Below, in pieces: positions 39,462 through 53,163 of a DNA stretch of 64,000 bases (the stretch's first letter is position 1; each line of letters starts with the position of its first letter). A program made the position numbers and the translations under genes. Under the pieces are notes generated by a model. The model did no database searches, was not told the origin of the DNA, and saw only the letters and a program-made list of their open reading frames with translations. Origin of the DNA: Octopus bimaculoides (Eukaryota); the NCBI RefSeq assembly GCF_001194135.2, contig NC_068998.1, forward strand, positions 11,932,860-11,996,859. The letters run 5' to 3'.

Positions 39462-40057
39462 GGTAAGCGACGGAATGCCCAGCAACAGCAACATTAAAAT
39501 AGATCAGCATTACCCCTGAACGAAGGTAAACGAGGAGATTTTGTAGGTTCACAAACATCCCAGTCAGCCCAACATCAGGCATATTAGAAAGTTGGTCGCT
39601 GATATAAATAGGGGAGTCTCTAACTTAATCTCAGACAGGGAAATGTTCGATACAGCAGCAGCAGAACTTACAGCGAAATGCTAGCCATAAGTAGCTTCAA
39701 TAAGAAGTTAGTTTAGATACAGGGATATCCTAACGTATCAATTCAAGGTAAGTTTGGAAAAGTAAGTAATCTGCTTTACTCACCACCATCACGTACACAC
39801 AACTTGAATGATTCTACGAACATTCCCAAGAATTTTCTTTCTCTTGTAAGGTACAATTTTTCATGTAAATATCATAAATACTTTACAGCGGACAATGTTA
39901 GTGTTAGCTATTCGTGCCTAGAAAACATCATTTCTACCATCAGACGTTAAAATAAAAAATGTACATTCATGTAGTAACCACTGCATCAGCTGTCTTAAAA
40001 TCGTCGAAATTGACACTCTAGTCCGCTCAGGGGTATTTTGCGCTTCCAAGATACACA

Positions 40058-40127
<70 letters not shown>

Positions 40128-40393
40128 CACACATATAGGTTTGCAAGTTTAAACAACAAAAAGAGAACTTACCATTCAAAGTAAAGCATATTACATCGAC
40201 GTAGAGCTCTGTAAGTGATTCTAGGACCTTCAGTTGTTATCTCAATTGATAGCTAAATAACAAAGATGTATGTATATGTTAAGCACGCGTGCGGCGTGTG
40301 TTTGTGTAACTAGTGTATATGAACAGTTATCCATTTGGATATGCATAGGAACATTGCAAACTATATCTGTGGAATTAAAATAAATATGTATTA

Positions 40394-40446
40394 CTCCAGA
40401 CATTAAACTTAATGTTTCACATGCTGTCGTGTCCTTCAGTGGGGAG
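40394..40446 (-). ncRNA. Type I hammerhead-ribozyme-like motif (A9 to G variant)
   Basis: Minus strand: ctcccca CTGAAGG aca-cgacagca-tgt GAAA cattaa-gt-ttaatg TC|tggag. Stem II, GAAA, stem III (acattaa/ttaatgt), a GUC cleavage triplet and stem I (cca/tgg plus ct/ag) are all in register. One core deviation: CUGANGG instead of CUGANGA. Confidence 0.55.
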
Positions 40447-40630
40447 GCAGAAGACTTTTAAGCCGGGTGGTACTATATACAGCAGTAGAGATTAGCGTAA
40501 GATTCGCAGGTAGACACGGAACGAATTAACGAATTATCGTTTTTCTATAAATCGAAGAGACCATGTGTGTGTGTAGACACACAGAGACACACACAAACAT
40601 ATATATAATACATATATGTATGTATGTATG

Positions 40631-40661
<31 letters not shown>

Positions 40662-41047
40662 NNNNNNNNNNNNNNNNNNNNNNNNNNNNNNNNNNNNNNN
40701 NNNNNNNNNNNNNNNNNNNNNNNNNNNNNNNNNNNNNNNNNNNNNNNNNNNNNNNNNNNNNNNNNNNNNNNNNNNNNNNNNNNNNNNNNNNNNNNNNNNN
40801 NNNNNNNNNNNNNNNNNNNNNNNNNNNNNNNNNNNNNNNNNNNNNNNNNNNNNNNNNNNNNNNNNNNNNNNNNNNNNNNNNNNNNNNNNNNNNNNNNNNN
40901 NNNNNNNNNNNNNNNNNNNNNNNNNNNNNNNNNNNNNNNNNNNNNNNNNNNNNNNNNNNNNNNNNNNNNNNNNNNNNNNNNNNNNNNNNNNNNNNNNNNN
41001 NNNNNNNNNNNNNNNNNNNNNNNNNNNNNNNNNNNNNNNNNNNNNNN

Positions 41048-41111
<64 letters not shown>

Positions 41112-41893
41112 TGTGTGTTGTGTATGTATGAGTGAGAGTGTAGTTAATTAAATTAATTAAATATGATTCTTAATTTATATATAGAAATTGAAATTATATA
41201 CCATTTAGATAACGGGAGAATCTAACGCAGTAACTTCTATGTAGTCGCTTGATCTGTTAGAAAAAGCTCCGAAATCTCCATCTCATCATATTCTACTCTC
41301 TCGGGAAATGAAACAACATAATATAATTTAAGCATGCAGGGATGTTCATGAATGGAATGTCTTTAATCATAGATTTACTCAATTTAGGTTGACATGACCT
41401 GTGGCTAAACAATATTGTAAGAAGATCCATTTGTATAACTTTACAGATTGCATATTATCTGTCTTTGAAACGTGATACGGTTAGGTGGAGTTTGTTTCAG
41501 GCCGGTCAATGATGAATTGATGGTGGGCAGGGAGTTGCATTTGACGGCGGGTGGCCTAGTGGCCAGAATGATGCACTCGTGGTTTCGGTTCCGAGACTGG
41601 GCGTTGTGTTCTTCCGCAAAACACTTCATTTCAATTGGCTCTTATCCACTCAGCTGTAAATAATTAACTCTGTGATAGGCTGACGCCATATCAAGTGGTG
41701 AGTTGTAATTTAGGTCAATTATACGCCATAAAACAAACCAGTAACCGGGACTGTGAGTACAACTACTCGAACAGTAATGTCCAATGTCCAGTGCGGGGCA
41801 CGATTATAGAATTTGGGGTTAACGAAGAACAACATTCATGTTCCAGGCAATATTTAGGGCAAAAGTTTGGGACGGTTCTAAAAACGCTTGGGA

Positions 41894-41946
<53 letters not shown>

Positions 41947-43369
41947 CTCTATCTATCTATTCATCTATCTATCTGTCTTTCTATCTCTCTCTCTCTCTCC
42001 ATATACATACATACATACATACATACATACATNNNNNNNNNNNNNNNNNNNNNNNNNNNNNNNNNNNNNNNNNNNNNNNNNNNNNNNNNNNNNNNNNNNN
42101 NNNNNNNNNNNNNNNNNNNNNNNNNNNNNNNNNNNNNNNNNNNNNNNNNNNNNNNNNNNNNNNNNNNNNNNNNNNNNNNNNNNNNNNNNNNNNNNNNNNN
42201 NNNNNNNNNNNNNNNNNNNNNNNNNNNNNNNNNNNNNNNNNNNNNNNNNNNNNNNNNNNNNNNNNNNNNNNNNNNNNNNNNNNNNNNNNNNNNNNNNNNN
42301 NNNNNNNNNNNNNNNNNNNNNNNNNNNNNNNNNNNNNNNNNNNNNNNNNNNNNNNNNNNNNNNNNNNNNNNNNNNNNNNNNNNNNNNNNNNNNNNNNNNN
42401 NNNNNNNNNNNNNNNNNNNNNNNNNNNNNNNNNNNNNNNNNNNNNNNNNNNNNNNNNNNNNNNNNNNNNNNNNNNNNNNNNNNNNNNNNNNNNNNNNNNN
42501 NNNNNNNNNNNNNNNNNNNNNNNNNNNNNNNNNNNNNNNNNNNNNNNNNNNNNNNNNNNNNNNNNNNNNNNNNNNNNNNNNNNNNNNNNNNNNNNNNNNN
42601 NNNNNNNNNNNNNNNNNNNNNNNNNNNNNNNNNNNNNNNNNNNNNNNNNNTATTTAATTTGCTTTGCGGGAAGAAGTGTTCCAACGAAGTCGTGTATTGT
42701 CCTTGCCTTCGTAACGCGGAGTAGATGGAACAGGGACAACTGACGAAGGGTTATACTCTTTATGCTGCATGTCTCGTTTCTCTGTTTGTTTTTTTCGTTG
42801 TTCGTAAAAAGTTCGTTTTCTGTATTCGTTTTTATGTTTTCGTTTCTCATTGTGTTTAATGTTTTTTTGATGTCCTGTACCCATATATGCATGTATGTAT
42901 ACATATAGATGTAGGTATGTACATATATGTATGGATATATGCATATATTTATATGTTATTTATATTATTATAAAACCCTTAATGATGGTGCTCCAGTATG
43001 GCTGCAGTCAAATGACTAAAACATGTTAAAGATATCAGCAGCAGAAACGGCTGTAAGTAATCTTCAAGTTTTGTATTTAAAAACAAATATTTATACGATG
43101 GTAGTCAATTTGTTTGTTGATCAAAAGTGTTCTTCATTTTCTGCTCATTTTAAAGTTGATTTCTAATAAACTCTTGTTTATTCTGTTATTACCTGTATAC
43201 TATCTGCATAGTGTGCTTGTATACCCATGCCCAGGGTTAAAATAGGTAATTTATACCGGTACTAAGAACGGATATTCTTATCTCTTAGACGATTACTCTA
43301 ACTGCTAACTCTACTTACCTATACACACACATACACACACGTGTGTGTGTGTGTGTATATATATGTATA

Positions 43370-43459
<90 letters not shown>

Positions 43460-43661
43460 TGCATACAAGTATGTATATATATTTTTTTACTTGTTTCAGT
43501 CATCTGACTGCGGCCGTGCTGGAGCACCGCCTTTAGTTGAGCAAATCGACTCCAGGACTTATTCTTTGTAAGCCTAGTACTTTTTCTATCGGTCTCTTTT
43601 GCTGAACCTCTAAATTACAGGAATGTAAACGCACCAGCATCAGTTGTCAAGCGGTGCTGCA

Positions 43662-43705
<44 letters not shown>

Positions 43706-44289
43706 NNNNNNNNNNNNNNNNNNNAGACATTTTTAAATGTCTGATACTTATTTATTCGGTTTTTTTCCTGGATCGCTAAGTTCTAAGAATGTAAATAAAC
43801 CAACACCGATTGCCAAATAGCGGAGGCAACAAATACAAAGAAATTGCACACACAATACACACGCGCACACAAAACACATATACGACGGGCTTCCATACAG
43901 TTTCAGCCTAGCAAATTCATTCCCAAGGCATTGATCAGCACGAGATCATAACATAAGACTCTTTCCGAAGGTGTCGCACTGTGAGACTAAACCCAAACTA
44001 CCTGATTGTAAAGGGAGCTTCATAATCGCGTAATTTTTTGTTTCAAGATTTTTGGATTTGTACTTTGAATGAAATTTGGGTGCTATTTCTAGCAACCCGG
44101 ATAACTCGCAATGGCTACGTCCTTTGTGCATATCAGGAACTACATTTTGCAATGTGTCCTTCCTTTTTTAAGCCGATAGGATGTGTGAAGTTTACTCGGT
44201 TAGTTCTGGTTTTAATAAGTCTTCAACGAAAACCTACCATTGCGCGAGAGTAGGGAGACCGCGTACTTTAAAATATACTTCTATTTTGA

Positions 44290-47200
44290 AATTAGTGGTG
44301 AGATTTGCCTGCTGTTTTTAGCTGGTCGAGCTTTGCTTCACTCATGGACATGAGTAAAACATGCAGTCCAGCAATCGTCAACATCTTTCGTCGGGGTTTG
44401 TTGATAGACATTGCGAAAATTGGCCACATGGAAATCTGAAGGTTTAAACTGAAATGGCATATTTCAGGAACTTTAGGGATTCCCAGAATGAATACATCTT
44501 TTGATTGGCCATTACTGGAAAGTATTTTAGCCTCAATAACATAGAGTATGATATTCTTGACAACCAATTTTGTTCCATTACGAAGATGTGGTGGATGCAA
44601 ATTACGAAAGGATTTTCGACAAAAATTTAGTCAATGTGGCAGGACATCAAGATTTTCTGGATGCTGGATAATTGACTATTTGATTGGGATCAACGGCCGT
44701 GTCAACTGACTTGTAGAATTGGTCCTCGACAAACAGCTATTCCAAAAGCCCTGCGTTAATGACATGAACAACGTTGTCATTTGGAGGAAAAAATTGACCT
44801 TTCAGTCAACCGTTTGTGGTTTTAGTGGTTTTCAGAATGTTTGTGAAAATAATTTCTTTCTGTTCATGAATAGTTGATGTTTTTATATTGATAGTTTCTA
44901 TGTCGATTCATCCTTGCGCATCTGGTTTGAATCTTACGTTGCCCTCTTGTCGTAAATTGTTTTCAAATGGCTCTGATATATAAACACCATATAGATGGGT
45001 TCTTATTTGGGTGAACAACTGTAAATTTGTCATTTTTCTGCAGAGACATGATAATTTTAAGTAAGTATTAAGTTAATCTTGTTGTACTCCTCTCGGAATA
45101 AGAGGTAATATTCGTTTAAAATTTCCAGCTAAAATCAAAGTAGATTCGCTTTTTCCTTTATCATTATGTTCTCCCGGATGCCTTGCATTGTCTTCAATAG
45201 AGCTCGTAATGTTACTTTGTAAGAGATCGCACATGCATCACAAACAATCATTACGTACCATCACAGAACCTTTGCCATCCCAATTCCTTACAAATATTGC
45301 ATGTAGCATTTTCATTTGTCGCTAAGTTGAAAGGGAGTGTGACTGCAACATTTAATGTTTTGTCTCCAGGCGAAAGAATTGCTACAGCTCCAGAAGAAAC
45401 AACTGCAAGTGCAATTTGCCGAGTTTGACGAAATTTTGCTAAGAACAGATTTTTTCGAGTGTATCAAGTAAGAATATTCCAACTATAAATGGAGGATGAT
45501 TATTGAGTGTAGTTCTTTAGTCATATAGTAGCTATAGTTTAATAGTTACATGTTGATGAATATCTTCAATGTTGAAAAAACGGTCTCGTGTAGACCCTCA
45601 TGAATGTTGCCGATCGGACTTCTTCTAACCTTAGAAAGGACAAACGATGGAAGCTCTTACCTTTCCAAAGAAAATACTTTGTCTTCAGTAGCGTTAATTA
45701 CCAAAATGAAACTTATATCAGTGTAGCCAATTTCCATACTTAGTTGTTTGAAGTCCTCTGACGGAACTCGTCAGTGATTTTACTATAATAAAAGTGGATT
45801 CAAAATACTGCAGCAAAATGGCTAATAAACTTCTGAGGTTGGCTAGCAACTTTCGAGAGTATTACTACTGTCATGGTGGCCTTCTTCAGTATATCACCTT
45901 CAAAAAGGTCTCGTTTGAAACATATCTTTCTGTATGTGTCGCACATTGGACCCTGGACAGTTCGCAGATCCTCCAACGAGCTTCATACTTGTAGCATTAT
46001 AAAGTGGTATGCGATGGTAAAATACACTCTAGCTTACTTGGATGACCGGTGTAAACTTTTGTTAAAGTTCCATATTTAAAAACGGCCTTCTATAGCGCTA
46101 TATCTTTTCTACCAACCCCACTTATTTTTATTCTAAGTACAGAAAGATGTTACATCTGAATAAAATACGTATAAAATCTCCCCGACAAAAGCTGAAGAAT
46201 ACGGAGTTGTATTTTTGTTATTAAAATATTTTTTTCAATAAAATAAACACTGTCTATTTCCAGGTGACTTCTTAGTGGTCGGATGGCGAGGTGTTGTTCT
46301 TCAACTGGTAATTCCAAAATGCACCAGAATATTTAAATGCTGCTAAAATGTCTCTTTCCGATTGACACTGAGCACTTCATCGCTTGTGTTTTGTTTTTAA
46401 AGTGCATTAGCACAAGCAGCAACAGCACCACTTCTGACTTACTTGCACACATATTAAATTGGCTTCACTTAGAGACTGAGCTCAACGTTGATACGGGCAT
46501 AAAAGGTATTTGACAACTGTGACCTGTGAAGTACAAGACATCAGTTGAAAATCTCAACATCCTCACCACTTCTCATGGACAGTCTGAGCGTACTTCTTAG
46601 AGACTTTTTGACGCATTTATTATTTTTCCTGCAAGATTTGGGAGTCTAGCGGAGCTGGCATGGGCAATGGTCTATTGGTCTCTTGATGGTGTAAAAAAGG
46701 TTTTATTTGCTTAGAGCAGAGCTGGCCAACTCGAGGCCCGCAGACTTTTATCTTGCGGCCTGCTTGATACTTTCTTGAAATGGGTTTATATAAACAAACA
46801 TTTAAAATTTTTAATCAAAAATTAAAGATTTTAATGAAAAGTAAAAAAAGTAAGATACAACTGTTTTTGCAACGATAATATTTCATGTTGAATCAATGAT
46901 CATTCATTCATTATTGTAATAGTAGCATGAGAAAGCAAAATGCTTTCAATTCTGACAGTAGTGCTCTATTCTTGTAGCACGCCTATGTAGTTTGCAAGTG
47001 TTAATTGAACATCTTTTTTTGTTATCTTTTAAAAATTTACAAGTGGCAATAAAACAAGAGCCTCCAATTTTATAATTTTAAACAAGCGAAAAGTATGAAA
47101 AATTCTTAATTCTGTAATTTGATTATTTGACTATTAGTCCAAAAAGTGTGCAAGCAGTCCTCAAAAAGTTTCTATGATTAAAGTGGCTTGCAATGTAATT

Positions 47201-48738
47201 CGAGTTGGTCAGGCATAGCTTAGAGGATCTGAGGACTTGCTGATGTAATGTTGTCTATCGGACTGTGTCGGATTCTAATATTTAGCCAGATGTGAATGCG
47301 GGCGAACGAAAGGTCTCTTTCCTCTCATCCTTTGACATTCATGTTGCATCCTGTTGCATCATCTTGAAAAGCTTTCGTGTGGAAAATTCTAGCCACTTTT
47401 TTTTTTTTTTACCTATTGACCTCTTTGATTCCTATTTTACTGCGCTGGGTCCTCCTAGCAATTCCATGCCTTAAAGATCCTATAATATTTTTATAATTAA
47501 ATATTATTAGAAATTGTATATTAAAAAAAAAACTGTTAAAACTTATCGTATATTACAGAAGTATGGCCAATTTATTTCAGATAAATTTTAACAAAATTTG
47601 ATGCTTTATGGACCCTGGTTGGGAACCACTGCTCCTAGCCAGTAAATTCTGTCGGTCTTTACTCGGCTGTTCTGGTAAAAGTTCTTCACTTACCTCTTTC
47701 CGATCAGTATATCAAATGAATGTGCTTGTGAGATCAAGTCGTACATAAGTTCTAACATAAATCACTACATCCTAAGTACATGCATTTATTTTGGACTTCG
47801 TGTAAAACAGGTAAGACAAATTACCCAACTGACCAGATAGCTCCATCATTTTTTATGTCATCTCTTAGATAAAATTATGAATCCATGCAGAATCGTTTGC
47901 GTGTCGGACAAAATGCTTAGCGATATTTCTTACGGCTCTTTGTGCTCTCATTTCTAATTCTGCCAAGGTCAACTTTGCCTTTCATAAAATAAGTACCAGT
48001 TGTGTGCTAGGGTCTATGTAATAGACTTACTCATCCCTTCAAAATGGTTAGCCTTCTGCCAAAATTTGAAGCCATTATTTTTGACGTGTCATTACGAATA
48101 GCAAACTTTCTGCTTCTACCAGCTCACTGAAGGAATGAATCTTGAAATTGTTGCATGCAGCTGAAATACTTATTGTGAAACTATGACGCATATGCAAAAA
48201 CAACCTAACGTTAAAATATGGTTACTATTTTAAAGTTTTTAGTTTAAAAATAACAATGAAACAATTGCCGATGGTAGGGGAACGACTGAGAGTAGAGTCA
48301 AATTTATGGTGAAGTTGAAGTTGACGGAGATTTCAAGTTGATAGACGTTCCATCATATTGCGAAATTCAACTTGAATTTTATGATACATCCATGCATAAC
48401 AGTATTTGTTCCTCGAGTGTGTGAAATTTCAAAGTGATATCCGTCTTCTTGATGTACACAGATAAGTGGACACTGAAGAGCTTCCTCTGATCTATATCTC
48501 ACATTTCTCCTCTTGATGTAGCTGTGGCGAAGTTTTAGAGCAATATTGCTTTCTCTAAACTCCTAGTCACTCATAATCGGGGCAATCCCATTGCAGGTTT
48601 GTTCGCTTATCTGTATCAGCTAATTGAAATTCCATAACAGGCGTGATTTCAAGTACATATTTAAACGTTTTGGCTTAACAGTTTGTAGGTGTGGATCATC
48701 TGGAGAAGCATTAGTGCGCTCACATCAAGCCCTTCATT
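44290..48738 (-). mobile_element. Fragmented Helitron Rep-helicase pseudogene
   Basis: Collinear decayed motifs, right to left: RSEEALQCPLI..EDGYHF (about 48450); YVRTYVRLDLTSTF..EELLPEQPSKDRQNLLAR (Rep motif 1, about 47700); ERDLSFARIHIWL (HUH motif, about 47300); NTFYARINVE (about 46490); LEDLRTVQGPMCDTYRKICFKRDL (about 45950); EDKVFSL..(about 45680); SSGAVAILSPG..LPFNLATNENATCNI and LAGNFKRILPLIPRG (PIF1 helicase, 45400-45090); HPPHLRNGTKLVVK..FAMSINK (44600-44400). Confidence 0.88.
46717..47217. mobile_element. Non-autonomous hAT element inserted in the Helitron
   Basis: Imperfect TIRs cagagctggccaactcg / cgagttggtcaggcata; exact 8-bp TSD gcttagag at 46709-46716 and 47218-47225. Confidence 0.85.
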
Positions 48739-48746
48739 ATATAAAG

Positions 48747-49319
48747 CAAAGGTTCTCAACGAGGGCCATATGCCGCCTCGGGTCCATTTGGAGCTCGAGG
48801 GAGGCGTTTTGGAGCAAAGGGGCACTAGGGGCGTTAAGAGGCTTGTGGGGCGCTAGGGGGCGCTGGAAGACCCTCGTCTTTGATAAGTTTAATTTGAAAT
48901 TAACGAGTAGTAGCCATATATTNNNNNNNNNNNNNNNNNNNNNNNNNNNNNNNNNNNNNNNNNNNNNNNNNNNNNNNNNNNNNNNNNNNNNNNNNNNNNN
49001 NNNNNNNNNNNNNNNNNNNNNNNNNNNNNNNNNNNNNNNNNNNNNNNNNNNNNNNNNNNNNNNNNNNNNNNNNNNNNNNNNNNNNNNNNNNNNNNNNNNN
49101 NNNNNNNNNNNNNNNNNNNNNNNNNNNNNNNNNNNNNNNNNNNNNNNNNNNNNNNNNNNNNNNNNNNNNNNNNNNNNNNNNNNNNNNNNNNNNNNNNNNN
49201 NNNNNNNNNNNNNNNNNNNNNNNNNNNNNNNNNNNNNNNNNNNNNNNNNNNNNNNNNNNNNNNNNNNNNNNNNNNNNNNNNNNNNNNNNNNNNNNNNNNN
49301 NNNNNNNNNNNNNNNNNNN

Positions 49320-49373
<54 letters not shown>

Positions 49374-51200
49374 TTGCTTAAGGCTTTGTACCCATTTGAA
49401 CTGCAGCTGTACACCAGATAACGTGGTAAGTCTTATGTTCTAAAATTTAAATTCTGAATTTGTTTTAATTATAAAATTACACCCCAGCTAAAAACCCATC
49501 TTTTGGCTTTGGAAAACAGAACCTTTTCTTTCTCTTTCTATATTTCTTGTTAAGTTAGAATTTGTTAAGTTAGAATTTCTCTGTTTTGGTCAGGATTTTC
49601 CTATTTCCTGTATCAAGCAATGGACAGAAGCATTTAAAAAAAAAAAATCCATAGAGCCGAACAAAATCAAAAATATTAATTCTAATCGTAAACATTTTCC
49701 CTTTCCTTAATACTAACAAGAGCATAGTTTGAGAGAGACTTGGCTATTATTTCTAGCAAATTTAACAACCACACAGAGATTACCACATTGGCTCATTTGT
49801 TGATGTGTATAAGTAAACAAAAACTAAAGACACTAGCAAACACACACACACGGAATTATGATGTAAACACGTGCTAAAACTCCTCATAGCTTTTGTATTT
49901 TTCTGAATTTTTACAAAATTTTTTCGATTCTGTCTTCTGCATAATGGAATTGATATTATTATGCAAACCCCGCCTCCCATTTTTTTTATTTTTTATTCGT
50001 GGTTTTAAAATACGCACAGTCCGAATCTGCTGTTTGTTTCTTTATAATTTTCAAATATTTTTTAAATACTTTTATGGAAGAAAGTTTGCTGACAGTCTTC
50101 ACACTTTTTCACACAATCCTGGACTTTATATGCGAAATGCCAGTGACATGCTGCATCTCCATCAACAATATTAGCAGACAGACAGCCGTGCAGTGGCGCA
50201 ACATATAGTCCAAGCAGGCGAAAGCCTTCTTTTTAAGAGGAAAAATTAAGTTGGAAGAGTGGTGAAGAAGTTTTGGATACTTGTGGTTGTCGTAACTACT
50301 ATTTCTGACACACATATTTAAGTAATTTTGATTTTGAAGTATTTAAAAAACTATTTGGAAATTATAAAGAGAAACGAATGGTAGATTCGGACTGTCCGTA
50401 TTTCAAAACCACAAAAAAAAACAAATTGTGTGTGTCAAATTTTTTCTCCAGAAGTTCATAGCTTCATAGGAATAAGCGTGGAAAACTGCATCAAGATAAC
50501 CAATTTTCAGATTTTTTTCTTCCTTTTAAAAAATGTCGATTTTGTGAATGAGACAAACTAGATCCCGAATAAGAAATGACTGTTTAATATGATAAATTTT
50601 CAGATTTTTTCCGTCATTTTAAAAATGGGCTGATTTTGTAACTCAAACTAACTAGATCCAAGTACAGTGAATACCATCCTCCTCAATTTGCTACTCATAT
50701 GAAGTTATGAAGTACATATGTATTTCAACAATTTCTATCAAATACACTCTCGTTCTTGAGCATAAAAAATTCTCTTCCCGGGTGACAATAACTTACATGT
50801 CAGATTGTTGCACAAGTTCTAGCCGTTTTGATAAGGGAAATCGGAAAGGTTTGAAATGATTTCATCGGCATTTACTTGTATCAAAGCGCACTCTTTCAAT
50901 AGACAACACGTTGATCTCATAAGTGTCGCGTGGTGGAAATAAATGCAATTACCAAACTTTCAAGTGATTATTTCATTTTTTCTTTTTTTTTTTTTTTGGC
51001 ATTTCAATTTGTACATCTGTACTCCCGACTGCGTACAAGCGCATATGTAAAACGACGTACTTTATTTTTTAATCATTGTCTGCTGATATCAAAATAAGTA
51101 GTGTATGGAAAAATTAAAATATTTTCTAGGGGGTAGGGGGCATTTGTGACTCCAACGGTGGAAAAGGGGGCCTTTGGCTAAAATGGATTGAGAACCTTTG
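48747..51200. mobile_element. About 2.45-kb hAT-type element (spans an N gap)
   Basis: TIRs caaaggttctcaac / gattgagaacctttg; exact 8-bp TSD atataaag at 48739-48746 and 51201-51208. No clear transposase ORF was seen. Confidence 0.85.
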
Positions 51201-51795
51201 ATATAAAGTAACTGAGCTGTCGTTTGGCTGGTGAATTTCGATTAAAATGCATGGAGTCTTGTTTGCTTCTTCTTCCTCAGACTCTTGTTGTGTGGTCATA
51301 GAAGACTTGAGAATATCAACTCTGAGGTATACTTGATGTTGTTTCGCAATTTTCATCTGCCTCTTCCGTCTTCGTGTGGAGACCTGCGCATTGCATTGTG
51401 CATGAGGTTGCGCTTCTGTTTGATGTGCTCTATACCTTACAAAGAGTTTCTGCGAATGTTGCGCTTACTTTTTAACTCACGTCTTGAATAATTTGTTACA
51501 CTAATTTTTTTTATCTGACTTACCGAGTGTCAGAACTAAAGCAAAATAAAACATTTGAACGGAATGACTATTAGAATACTGAGAACTGTCTCGGTGATGA
51601 TGAGGAGGAGAGGAAAGTGGAAAACACATCATACAGAAATCAATTGGGAAATGAGTGCTAAAATCGGTATAAAGTGAAAATTAAATTATATTAAATTATC
51701 TCTTAGCTTATAGTCTTCTTGTTCATGAACGTCTATAAGCAGTGATGATAAGAGAGAGAAGGTGATATATATGTGTGTGTATCTATGTATGTATG

Positions 51796-51840
<45 letters not shown>

Positions 51841-52342
51841 TCACACAAAATTATCAAAAGCAAAATGCAACCTAAATCATTCAAAAAAATATTAGCCAGC
51901 GCAAGACTACATCCATTAACAATAGAACCAAAAGTGAAAAAAATGTGGTCGACCTAACTGTGGTACTTAACCCAACCTTTTGGAGGATTTAGAGTTCCAC
52001 TTTAAACAAGGTGAAATATTTAAGATTAAATCAAATTTCACCTGTGCCTCGGAAAATCTAATCTATGCCATTACATGCTTAGGGTGTGCTAATAATTATA
52101 TTGGCCAAACAGGAATATCACTCCGTCGAAGAACCACTCTCCACAAAGAACAGATCCGCCACCCACAATACAAACAGATGCAGGTCAGTGGACACATAGA
52201 AAGGTGTGCGAGGAATCTTAATTCCAATTTCCTAATTTTTCCCTTCTATCAATGTTCACAGAACACCTCAATACAACACAGAATGAATAAAGAGGCAACT
52301 TTCATCAATAAATATCTTCCACAACTAAATATGAACACATAA
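51841..52342 (+). mobile_element. 5'-truncated Penelope-like element: Cys-rich linker and GIY-YIG endonuclease
   Basis: IIKSKMQPKSFKKIL..KKCGRPNCGT (frameshift), then FKIKSNFTCASENLIYAITCLGCANNYIGQTG..LRRRTTLH..HRMNKEATFINKYLPQLN. This is the PLE-type GIY-YIG domain; it starts right after a (CT)n tract. Confidence 0.88.
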
Positions 52343-53163
52343 CATAATACAGAGCACTACTAACCTTTCAATTAATACCACTAACCCCCATACATCCCAT
52401 ACACCATTCACATTACAGAACTATATCTAGCCTAATTGCACCAAATCCAGAACTACTTACCTCCCTTACACATAATCTTTTTACTCAGGGACTAGTAGAC
52501 CTGACACCGTTCAGTAATCGGTGTGCATTCAAAGCAATGATTAATAACATTACGAAACCGGTATGCTTTTGAATCTCTTTAACTATTCACAAGAATGACT
52601 TTTATTACCTTTATTCCTACCTCAGTTCATCTAATTGTATATATATATTGTTACTTTTCATAAAAAGCCTTTACTCTTTTTGATTTCCAATGTGGATTTT
52701 CGCTTATTTTTCTTCTTACTTTCCCCCTACATTTCCACGTGTAGTTTTTACCAATTGCGTACTGGGGTAGATCTAATCGACTGGCCCCCTCGCTCCAAAA
52801 TGTAGGGCCTTGTGTCTAGAGTAGAAAAGAATATTTTTAAATCTATCAAAAATTTGATCTGCGACTAATGCAGCTGTATCGCGGAAGGGAGACCGAGTGT
52901 TGTAAGCTAGGGAGACGGTTAAGCATAAGTCTATTGGGTACAATCATTGTTACCAATTATAAAATATTGAAAACCAGCCAAAATATCACAGTCTGTTTGC
53001 ACAAACATACGAAAAGTGCTTACGGTACGCCGGTAGTGATGTGGAGAGATCACATCATTTCATTAAACGCCCTTTACCATCTTATATAACCAACGCTTGA
53101 TTTATATCTTAGATTATTTCATGACTGTACTACATTTCAGAAACAGATTTTAATTATGTAAAC

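Noticed and set aside
44060-44115. CTAG with a nearby GC-rich stretch as the Helitron 3' terminus
   Set aside because: It matches the reverse complement of the dispersed gctagaaatagc repeat seen at about 28725, 29295 and 56815.
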